Shown: positions 41,772 to 51,761 of the stretch, one piece after another | Layout of the letters: every line of letters begins with the position of its first letter | Position numbering within the stretch: the first letter of the stretch is position 1 | NCBI GenBank assembly: GCA_950097015.1 | Contig: CATNEN010000019.1 | Coordinates: 62,001 to 126,000, forward strand | DNA: 64,000 nt | Direction: 5' to 3' | Source of the DNA: Macrostomum hystrix | Taxonomy: Eukaryota; Animalia; Platyhelminthes | Notes under the pieces: generated by a model | Databases searched by the model: none | Told to the model about the DNA's origin: nothing | Seen by the model: only the letters and a program-made list of their open reading frames with translations | Translations under genes and position numbers: made by a program

Positions 41772-42610
41772 TTAGCCTTTGGTCTTGCCTTTCGGTTCCA
41801 AAACAGAAATTCCAACCTTCTCTAGCGCGACGACATCCGTTTTCTTGGCGTCGGGAGTCACCAGAGGCGTCTCTGGACCATCCACAGCCAGAGCCACAGC
41901 AAGAGCCGCTTCATTGGCGTTGGGAGCCACCAGAGGCGTCTCTGGACCGTCCACAGCCAGAGCCACAGCAAGAGCCGCTTCATTGGCGTTGGGAGCCACC
42001 AGAGGCGTCTCTAGACCATCCACAGCCAGAGCCACAGCGAGAGCCGCTTCATTGGCGTCGGAAGTCTTGCTCGTCGAATTCCCGCCAATGATGGCACTAG
42101 TACGACGTTGCATGCTAACAGACATGCCAATGTAGCGTTCAACGGCACTACTACTATGACCTGTGATCCGACAAATGTCCGCGCGTTCAATGCCAGCGTC
42201 GTGTAGTCGGGTAGCAGTTGTCTTCCGCAAGCTCTGGTTGGTGTACCGTCCAGAATCTTCCGGCACCGCCTTATACATCAGGTTGGACTCAAGTCCGGCC
42301 AAAGAGTGTCGACCCATCGGCGTTTTCATGAACCATCCACCAGACTTTCCCGGAGCCCAGAACCGATTGGGCGACAAAAACAGCGCTTGGTCACAGTCCT
42401 CAGGTCGCTTCGCGATGTAAGCCTTATAGATGCACACGATGCATCGCTCATTTCCATCAGAATGGAATGCACGGACGACAGCTCTCTTTCAATGTCTTCA
42501 TTTGTCATCATCTTGAAGCGTTGGACTCCTTCCTGCTTCTCTTCGTAGAATTCGAGCAGCTCAGCAGATATAAAAAACTCCGACGGGTCTAAAGACGCTC
42601 TGCTTTCCAT
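41772..42610 (-). pseudogene. Tyrosine recombinase of Crypton/DUF3504 type (KCTD1/ZMYM/QRICH1-related domain): N-terminal stub fused out of frame to the C-terminal half
   Basis: The open frame 42488-41772 reads RC-IVCIYKAYIAKRP...WFMKTPMG...YTNQSLRKTTATRLHDAG...ITGHSSSAVERY, matching the CPV..Y..KRP / TNHSLRAT / TGH..Y pattern with Q replacing the HxxR His. The frame from ATG 42610 carries QRFKMMTNEDIE, resembling the N-terminal RF..eeei motif. The first catalytic Arg region is absent. Confidence 0.8.
41845..42058 (-). repeat. In-frame 69-bp tandem repeat x3 (ANEAALAVALAVDGxETPLVxPx) in the recombinase C-terminal tail
   Basis: TTGGCG anchors at 41845, 41914, 41983 and 42052 are exactly 69 bp apart. 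Confidence 0.95.
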
Positions 42611-44030
42611 GCCAATTGATTCAGTTGAACAGCCGAGTAAACTGTCTTTTTGGACATAAACAGCTAACTATGTAGCCTCGCAGAATATCTTCACGGCCAA
42701 AGTCAACTTTCTGGAGGGTTCCAGGCTGTACCAAGCCTAAGATGAAATATAATAATATATTTATTATTATATATTGGCCGAGGCGCCGCCTCGGCCAAGA
42801 AACGAGTCCTCAGCCGACTTCATGGCCATAGACAACGCTTTTGGGGGGTATTATCTTATACAAAATATTGACAAAAATGCCTTGCGATAATCTGATTGGT
42901 ACCATAAACGATCTAATACTGGGTCAGCTTTTCGATTGATACTCGTAATTTCATTGCAGCTTCGCAATAAGCCGTAAAAATAAACGGCTTTTCAAAATTT
43001 AATATATAGTAGTTTAGCCTCATTCTCATAGCTGATTAGCCATAATCTCATAGTAACTATGTTATTTTCTCATAATGGGTTTTGTAATAATCTAATTGCA
43101 GTTTAGTCATAATCTTGCAGCTTAAACAGCTTAGCAATCTCATTGCAGCTTGACTTGAGTTCGTTTCAGTTAAGTTACAATTAGCTAATGAATTTCGGTC
43201 TTTGTGAATAATTTTCTTTAAACAAATGGGCACAATATTCGTGACACGAATTAAGCTATCTCATGCATTTAAAATGTATCGACAGGCGAGTAACGTTGTT
43301 TAGCAATCGGGCATGGAGCTCTCAGTAAAAATAGTTTTTTTCCAGTACATGCCTATTTTAATTTGGCCTGGAGCAAAGAAGTCAGTATGGGTGGATAATT
43401 CAGTCAGCCAAGTTCAAAATTGAAATAGATTGTTTTGTAAATCTGGGCTATAGCAATATACCCCGTTTATTCAAAATGCTTTTCCAATTACGTTTCTTGC
43501 GCAATCGTTCAGTCACATTATACTAAATCTCTAAGGTGTGTGTTTGACCGGTATATCAATTTCACTCTTCCACCAAAAAACGGTTTGGAATGACCAAGAC
43601 AGGTGGAAAAGCATCACAAAAGCGACTTAAATTTTGATTTTGAGTTCTAAAAAGAAACGACACCTGCAGTTTTTGCGATTTGGCTGACGAAAACGCTTAA
43701 CAATTCGTCAGAATCTGCCCCGCTCTTCACGCGGGCCGGATTTGACACACCCGGCCTTTTGACTTTCTTGGGACACATCACCATCAATGATGCATGCAAA
43801 CGCGATCAGGTCATGCGTTACCTTCTTGCCACTCACAGCCGAACTTCCCAATCTAAGGAGCAACATAGCTGCTGGCAAATCCGAGGGACCAGCCTTGGAG
43901 ACGCCAACAATTCATCCATGACGGTGCATCGGTACGTACCCGTACGTACATCGTCAAGGGGTTTGCGGAATTGGCGGTCTCGCCTTCCCGCCGTGTCCCC
44001 TCCATGACGTTGACTCCCAGCACCTAAGGC

Positions 44031-44066
44031 AAAGTCAAAGTCAAAGTCAAAGTCAAAGTCAAAGTC
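44031..44066 (+). repeat. (AAAGTC)6 microsatellite, possibly the 3' tail of a truncated non-LTR retrotransposon (~43720-44030)
   Basis: Six perfect units directly follow a ~300 bp GC-richer block. The LINE interpretation is inference only; no RT motif was recognised. Confidence 0.6.
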
Positions 44067-44552
44067 AAGTATTGTTGAAACTCTCCCGTCTGTTTTCAAT
44101 ATTTCAAAGAAGATATTGTCTGAAATGTCTATTATCTTGGAAATAGGCTTTCTGTTTTAATCAATTCTGTAGAGAGTTATAAAACCAACTCAGTTTAAAC
44201 ATTCAAAAATCATGCTTCTTTTGACTCAAGCAATCGCAGCCATGCGTTTTCTGACCACCTGCAAGATCCAAGAAAAGAAATTCCTACTATTATGTTCATT
44301 GTTAATATTTCTGGGTGTATGTTTTTTATATCCAGCTAAAGGAATATATCAGCGACTGCTTGCAATGGGCTTTCAGGTTGAATTTCTCTTAGTTACTCTA
44401 ACTCAGTATAATTTGGAGCAATCGCATTGTTGTACGTAAAATGCGTATGAATATTTTGTGTGTATATACATGTATATATTCCGCCAACAAAGTTGAGCGC
44501 ACGCCCCATACAATAGCCAAAGAGGTAGTTGTATCTCGAGATTAACAAAAAC

Positions 44553-45841
44553 ATGAGAACTATTCGTCGATTGCAACTGTCCTGCATTCTTGCTTTCGTG
44601 GCTGTAGTAATTATTGCTGCCCTTCACGATCAGGTTGGTTTTTTGAAGACTATGGAATTAGAAAAATCTGGAAAAATGTGTAAAAAAAACTTTGTCGAAG
44701 TACAAAGTAAAGTGTTCAGTAATTCAAAAAATTTACCGGCAAATGCACCTAAGTCGGCGCCCATAATCCGATCGGCGCACCTGGCGGAGTTTTCGTACAT
44801 CCATTGGCCAGAATCATGCAGTGACAAAGAGACACAGCTTCTACTTTTGGGAGCTGTAATTTCGACACCGATCGACTATACTAGGAGAAAGCACCTTCGA
44901 CGGCTTTACATGTCCCAAAGAGAGTACTTAGGATTTCGATTTCGATGGATATTTATTCTTGGCAGTGTTCAAAACGCCAAGTTACAACAGAAGATTGATA
45001 AAGAAAGCTATCGACTTGGTGATATCGTGCAGCTCGATTTCCGAGACTCATATGAAAACTTAACATTAAAGACTCTTACTGCAATCGATTGGGCAGCTAG
45101 CGCATGTCCTGAAGCGAAGTTCTTTTTAAAGACAGACACAGACTGCATGGTAAACCCTTTTCGCATCGTAGACTATCTTGGACAGCTCACATTGTCTGAC
45201 TCGCGCTTGCTGTACGCTGGAAGCATTCCGCGTTGGCTCGAGCCAAACCGACACAGCGGAGTAGAAAAATGGCGTGTCAGCTACCAAAACTATCCCCTCG
45301 TTAAGTACCCGCGGTACGCAAACGGTATGTTTTGGGTGGTAAATGTGGTAAATTTGAAGTAAAAGTATGGTGTCTATCCAGCTTTAAAGCACCAGTTTTA
45401 TACGCGTAAATAAATTACGCTGTATGCACGCTCGTACACGAGCAGAAGCTATAAATCGAGAACTTTATATTCAAAGCGGGAAGTACGACGTATTTATCTA
45501 GCCAATGGTTTTAGGTGTCATTTCTCGCCGTTCAAATAATTTCAGGTCCAGGTTATCTGCTCTCTCGCTCTGCATTAAATACTTTGCTGGAAGCCAGTGA
45601 TGCCACATTTCCAATGCGCCTAGAGGATGTGTACATGGGACTCTGTGCATCGAGAGCTGGTTTAAGACCAAAAAACCAACCGAGCTTCGTAATACATCCA
45701 TACAGCTACTCAAACTGGTGCGAGTATCAAAATGGTCTTGTAATACACCAAGTGCTAGGTTCTGAAATGACAGACATATGGAAGCAAATGCTGGCGCATA
45801 AAGATTCCACACGGTCCACAAAAGAGTGTCCTCTGAATTAG
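44553..45841 (+). CDS. GT31-family beta-1,3-glycosyltransferase (B3GALT-like, Galactosyl_T domain); exons 44553-45324 and 45546-45841; 355 aa
   Basis: N-terminal signal anchor; motifs FILG, E..LGDIVQLDFRDSYENLTLKT, KTDTD (DxD), YPRYANG|PGYLLS and EDVYMG. The phase-1 GTATGT...TTTCAG intron (221 bp) restores the NGPGY motif; 772+296=1068 nt, in frame to TAG. Confidence 0.93.
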
Positions 45842-46469
45842 GCGCTTTAAGATTTTAGGAATCCCACAGATAGTAGTGAGCTCCTATAGACTAGGATTGA
45901 GAAGGAACCGTGTTAATCATTATGTGGATCCTGATTATATAATATAGCACTTACTAAGCTTTTTCGGTATATCGATATATCGATATATAAAGCGTATCAT
46001 CTATCCTCTAATAAGTAGTTCAATAATATTATTTTAATTGAATATATATATATATTATTTAATATTCGTTTCGTATCGTGTGACCTTTAACGCACTTCAT
46101 AAGAAAAAAAGCAGAAACGTTTCTTATTCGAAAATTACGAGTAATTAATTATTGTCCGAAAAGTTACCGTACAATTCGAACAATTCAAATGTGCTTCTAT
46201 ATTGTCCACATCCTAATAATAATTAGTGGCATGAGATATAAGCACATAGCTCACAAAAATACCGCGCCAAATACGATGTTTAAACATTAGTTTAACTTTA
46301 TTTGGAAATTTAGTTTACAAGCTTAATCTTAAAAGGTAAACGTTGCTCAAATTTATAGGTAACGAGAAAAACTGCTCATTTTGGTTGTTGGTTGGTTGCA
46401 GGATTTCGTCTTAACTTTCTTCTCAGTTGCCTCAAACTGAGGAATAAATGGTATATATTTCCCATTTAT

Positions 46470-47484
46470 TGTGTTGTGTTGCGGGCAAAGGCTCGAGGTG
46501 TCTCGTTTATTGACCAAGGCGAAGCCTTTTACATTTTGTGGCCCGCAAGAGGTGTGCCAGGCCTTTTTTGATGTGCTGGCCACAGTGAAGTGCCAGCGGC
46601 CGTCTAAAGCGATGACTTTCCTTAGTGTGGAGCTCGATGCTGTCAACGGTATGAAGCGGCTTCCAGATAAGAAGGTGGAGAGACTGCTGGAAGAGTTGGA
46701 CAGCACTGCGGCCAAAGACCTCATCAGCAAGCAAGTTCTGCAGCAGCTAATCGGCAGCTAGTTGACGCCGGTCGACGACGTAGAGCCATTTCTCCATGAG
46801 CTGATTTTGTGTTGCAACGGAGTGGCCTCCAGCAAACGAGTTGAGGTTGATGCTACCCTGCGAAACCAGCTGCTCTGGTGGAAGACTGCCCTTTTAGGTA
46901 GGAGGTGGATGGCGCTGTGGTTTAACGGTGATTTCGATGTGGCGATCGAGTCGGATGCGTGTCTGGTGGGCGGTGCTTCGGTTGCGGTGGTTGCCAGGAA
47001 GCAAGAGCGACTGGCGCTACGTGAATTGGGATCTGGACGCTGAGGTGGCCTTCCGGGACCTGTCAACTACAAGGAGGCTGCTGTTTCTCTAATGGCGTTG
47101 CTGTAGTGGCGCGAGTGTCTGTGTAATTGCCGGCTGTGCATCTACTGGGATTATTTTGCGGCGTGCTGTATTATCAACAATGGGGTCTCTAAGTGTCCGC
47201 TGCTGATGCGGCTGTTGCAGACTGGCGCTGCTGTGTATTCGTCAGAACATTCTGTTGCGCGCTTATCACGTCCCGGAGTCGTATCAAATTTTCGCCGACG
47301 CTGCGTCTCGGCTGCATGATCCCAATCAGCTGTTGGACTTTGTGCTGCGCTACTATGGTCCGCTAATGGGCCTCACCACGTGTACGATTGCCTCGCATGC
47401 GCTTTCTGCTGCCACCTTCGCTTTTCTCTGTTTTCAGGTCGCCAGGCTGCGCCAGACCACCTCATTCGTCGTGCCCTAGAAGGC
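46470..47484 (+). mobile_element. DIRS-order (Ngaro/DIRS-like) retrotransposon relic: RT C-terminus, RNase H and start of YR
   Basis: PSKAMTFLSVELD...LPDKKVERL...LQQLIG (RT thumb/connection); LLWWK...WFNG...IESDAC, VNYKE and RAYHVPE..IFADAASRL (RNase H); GLTTCTIASH...PDHLIRRALEG (YR N-terminal-like). Multiple stops and frameshifts. Confidence 0.75.
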
Positions 47485-47639
47485 GCACCTTGCAGCTCAT
47501 TTATAAATATTTTTGCCTGCCTGGAAATACCCATTTCGCCAAATAAAACCTAACAGCTAAATTTACCGAGTTGGGTTGATTAGAAAACATCCGAAAAAGT
47601 TATTAACTTTTCAAGTATGAAAATTTAGGCGCGCTTCAG

Positions 47640-47960
47640 GAGAATGTCCCCCTTTAATGTGCCCTGCAGGGGAACTAATGCCCCCCAGCAAGCAACTAAT
47701 GGCCCCCCAACAAGAATAAATACCCCCTTTAGCAGCAAATCAATGTCCACACTTGTCAGAGACCCTCGATAAATCATGCCATCGCGATGTTATATCATAA
47801 TATCCTCATAATCCTTGATCTCAAATTGGGAAAAATCTGTTTTCAGTTACTGCTGATGGGCATTAGTTCTGTGCTGCTGGGGGGGGCAATCGGTTTTCTG
47901 CTCCTGGGAGGGAACATTTTCGTCTGCTAAGGAGTGGAGGGATTTTATTTTTGCCACTCG
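47640..47960. repeat. Degenerate foldback/MITE-like element with inverted arrays of C-rich and G-rich subrepeats
   Basis: AACTAATGCCC-type units on the left (~47675-47710) face GGGCATTAGTT and G-run units on the right (~47858-47940). Confidence 0.35.
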
Positions 47961-48458
47961 CAGGGAGTCTAAATATTCAGTAATATGCTATTTCCGTTTC
48001 CGCTGAATCGTAAGCAGAAGTAAATAAACGTAAATATATAGGTAGGTATTCACGACTATTTTCTTTTGGATCTTATTTCCAGACAGAAAACACTTCATGT
48101 CGAGCAAGTAACTAACTTTTCTTGTTTTGAGAATTTCACCGGCTGACGAGCTCATGAATATGAATAGTTACTCGTATCAACAAACGCGAACGACGAAATT
48201 ATTTAACCTGCTTAACACGATGCGTGAGTATATGCATGTTAAATGAGGGTATGTTTAGCCAAATTTAACAAAAGCAGTCAGCTTTGATTGGCTGAGATGC
48301 AATTTCAGCCATCTTATTTGCTGTCGTGCTATGTAACCTTGCCAACAAGCATTTTCCCACAGCATTGTGGGCATTATTTGTTTCTTCCACAGCATTGCCC
48401 CATCAAGATATCCAGGATACAGTGAAAAATTTTAGCACTAGGCAGTAGTAAAAAAATC

Positions 48459-49629
48459 ATGAAATTCATGCACAAAGTAGCAGAATTAACTGTCTACTTG
48501 CTTCTGCAGCTGGCCACCATGACCATGGCGGCCAGTAATCAGTACCTGTATACGCTGGACCATGATAATTGGGATTATGGAAAGGCTGTCAATCCATCGG
48601 CCGCATTGGCCCAGTGCACAGATCTAAAGGACGCTCGCTCCGATGTTGAATGCGCGTCAATGTGCGAATTTTTCGCTACTGAATGTGTTAGCATTGCTTG
48701 GTGCCCCCCTGGTAGGTGCCGCCTTTTCGGTGACACTGCCAGTGGCTCCGTCGGGCTTGTAGGCTGTCGAATCCTCGCACTCACCAGTCGGCGCAGAGGT
48801 GAGTAGCTTTGGTTTATTGGCTTTTTAATGCTTTGATGGTTTGCCTTTACAAAGAAAGACGCTGCCTTTATCCCCACTCTTATTTAGTCAGTGGTGGCTG
48901 GTGTCCCTGGAATACCTGGGCCGAATGGAGTACGTCCTGCCACTCAGGAATTCGTATCCGCAAGCGTGTCTGCCAATGCCCGAGGCCACAGGCACCAGCC
49001 GCTGGCGCCACTTGCGAGGATCGCTCAGCTGACGGCGGGAATGATCAGAGTGAACAACGATTTCTCGGCTGGAGTAACTGGAGTGAATGGACAGGCTGGG
49101 GGTCTGGTAAGTTGGGTTTATCGGCCCGATCAGACAAAATAAAATGAAGCAGCTTAAATAAAATATGTGTAACAAGTGAAACAACATAACTCATGAGAAT
49201 ACGGATCCCGGCGATTAATGGGGTCGAAGGATTAAAAGATGCTACTTTCTTTTTTACCGATAAGGTGTAATACAGGGTTGTACGAGCATCATTGGTTTAA
49301 AAAATCTACTGGACTCTCGTTGTTTCTCGTTGTTGACAGGCTGTCACGTAAACCAGGAACGAGCAAGGATGAGAAACTGCAACATAAGCATGGAAACAGT
49401 AACCACACCGTCAACGCAGGCCTCACAAAACGAGGGCAGATTCGTTGGCTGGTGTTCGTGGAGCTCCTGGAGTGATTGGTCCGACTGGTATCGCAGCAAC
49501 TGCTTCGTCCTCTGGAACAGGAAGAACCGGAAGAGAACTCGGAACTGCGCATGTGCAGTGTCCTATACTTCGACTCCATCTTCTAGTAGCTCGGAAACCG
49601 ATGAGACCGAGTGCACCCTAAGCGGATGA
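48459..49629 (+). CDS. Secreted protein with a PAN/apple-like domain and three thrombospondin type-1-like repeats; exons 48459-48798, 48855-49106, 49340-49629; 293 aa
   Basis: Hydrophobic signal peptide; ECASMC...CVSIAW...CRLF (PAN-like); WCPWNTWAEW..C..G.RIRKRVC, WSNWSEW...RARMRNC and WSSWSDWSDW...RKRTRNC (TSR-like). Two phase-1 GT-AG introns (GTGAGT, 56 bp; GTAAGT, 233 bp) give 340+252+290=882 nt, in frame to TGA. Confidence 0.88.
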
Positions 49630-51746
49630 GGAGCTTATTGGCCACACATATAAACATACATATTGGCTGACATCAAATAACATAAAGACGATTTCTACTC
49701 AACCGATAATAAAAGCACTTATATACTTACAGTAAGGCTATGAAGCAAAGCATTACGAGCAAGCTATGTACTAGAACTGTAAGGTAAATGTAACCTAGAA
49801 AATGTACTGCTAAAGGAATTAAATGGAGCGCAATATACTGAAAATCATAACAACAGTAGCCGACGTAAGTATTTCATGACATTACTTTCTTTCCGGTAAC
49901 TTATTGCAGAAATACATTAATTCAAACCGAGTTACGTACACGAAAACCTAGACTGGTTGCAAAACTGTAGTCGCAAAGCAGGTTGCAAAGCCGCGGGAGA
50001 TGCGGAACCGGGGTTTCAGTTTGCAAGAAGCCAGGAATATTTTGTGCTTAGCCCACCGACCCTCGGGCTGGCCGGGACCCTTCTCCACAGCGGCTGATGC
50101 AAGAGTCAACACGGCCCGTTCGGGGGGGTCCGCCGCTAGAAGTAAAATATTAGGTAGAGCTTGTAGACCCTACTGGCTTTAATTTTGCAATATGCATATA
50201 CCGATTCCTGATCTATACACAGATGTCATAGCGTGAGATTAGTAAAATTACACTATCCTGGTCAAGAACATCTAGACTAGAATGCTAGAATGCTGAAATG
50301 AATGCCCCAGGTGGTGTTTTGACCTGACAACAACCTGCCTTTCGGACTGAAAACAAGGATGTCGCCTGGGTGGATCTCAAACGGCCGGACAGGTACATTT
50401 GGAAGCATGTGAAACAGCATTGTCAAGATGCTGTCGTTATATTATGGCAAAGATCGTGCAATTTTTAGATTGGGCATTCGTTTTCTAAATCAAATCCAGC
50501 TCGTTTAAAAAAATATGCACAGTTAAACTATCTTGAATCTGCTGAGAAGCGTCTTAACAACTCACAAAGTTTCTGGTCATTGTTGTTTGACTTAAAACGT
50601 TCCAGAAAGTTATTTTTAAATCCAATTTTGATTTTGTTCTTAATCGCACACTATACTTGACCACAAAGCTCGTATATACATTTTGTTTGCTGCTTTCTAA
50701 TTCTAAAATTATAAATAGCGTGCTTCAGAGCATATCGTTAGTGTATCCGATAACCATAGTATTTAGTTAATTGCATCTGCTTCTGACCTTCACCTAAAGT
50801 TTTGCTGGCAAATAGACTAATTTGTCAGAAAATGTCAATACGAGTATACAAGTGAGCGCCTGAAGTGTTTTCAAATAAACATTTGGTTGTCAGTCAAACC
50901 ATGCGGCACAAGTACGAGCTAAGTGTCATTCAGGACAGCTTCAAGTTTTGTTGACAACTAACAATAAACATTATAATTGACACTTCAAATTCTCTTCATC
51001 AAGAGTTTCCTTATCTGTGTGCTTCAGATCCAGAAGTTACTGTCGTGGCCTCATAGATTCAGGCCTTAAACAATGAAACTTTCACACTGCATTAAATATA
51101 AATACTTATCTAGGAATTTAGCTAGGAATGCTTTTGAGGTGGATAACAATGCTTTAGCTAGCAGGAATATTGGCATATTGTTTGACGGACATTATTACCT
51201 CAGAGGGTCTAGGAAATGTTTTTAATGCCAGCGCGACTATGGCAAAATTAAATTATATGCCGTGAACCCGGAACCTATCTAAGCAAAAATGCTAACACTG
51301 TTAGTCGTCAATATAGGAGGTAAAACTAAATGTGATAATAGAAGATTTGCAGAATAGAATTCGAAGGCCAGAAAATATTTTTATAACAAGTGAGAGCTCT
51401 ACCCTAAATAGAACAGAGAGAAAACACTAGCATTGCATGCAAAATTACGTAGTTGACTAATTTGACGTAAGTTGACGTAGTTGAAGTGAAACTATTCGAA
51501 CTTTTGAATCACAATTCGCAAATACGAGACAATCAACAAATCGCGCCATGGGAACATTGGGAAGGGACGGACTCGAAATCCCTTGCCTCCCCTTTCTCTC
51601 ACCCGCTGGACACCGCATTCTTCTCCCCCTATTGGCCAAGCTTTCCGCGCCACGCCACACAGACTGGCTCTTCATCTCGGTGTCAACCGAGAACCCGCAT
51701 AATTATTTATTGTGTTTCTGTGTTAGTTAATTCAACAACAGAACAT

Positions 51747-51761
51747 TGGCGACGAGGATGG
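51747..51761 (+). promoter_or_regulatory. Primer-binding site TGGCGACGAGGATGG, complementary to the 3' end of tRNA-Ser(GCU); overlaps the gag ATG (51758)
   Basis: Lies 1 nt after the LTR end GAACA. The tRNA assignment rests on my recollection of the eukaryotic tRNA-Ser(GCU) 3' end ...CCAUCCUCGUCGCCA. Confidence 0.75.

Larger units (their letters stand above)
41569..42833 (-). mobile_element. Crypton-like (tyrosine recombinase) DNA transposon, internally deleted; its far end lies at ~40440-40521, beyond the solo LTR
   Basis: Carries a DUF3504-like YR fragment. Hairpins: TTGGCCGAGGC-gcc-GCCTCGGCCAA (42774-42798) and TTTAATTG-gccggg-CAATTAAA (~41575-41596). GTCTATGGC (~40489) and GCCATAGAC (42825) form an inverted pair. 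CAGTAATTTAAT and TGGCCGGGC recur on both sides of the LTR. Exact termini are uncertain. Confidence 0.6.

Noticed and set aside
50315-50330. GTTTTGACCTG, the reverse complement of a conserved SRP RNA segment
   Set aside because: Only 11 bp match and the flanks do not follow SRP RNA.
50631-50645. ATTT|TGTTCT as the start of a 1.1-kb 5' LTR giving an ATTT TSD for the first Gypsy element
   Set aside because: The intervening sequence has no similarity to the 3' LTR, and such a word is expected by chance in AT-rich DNA.
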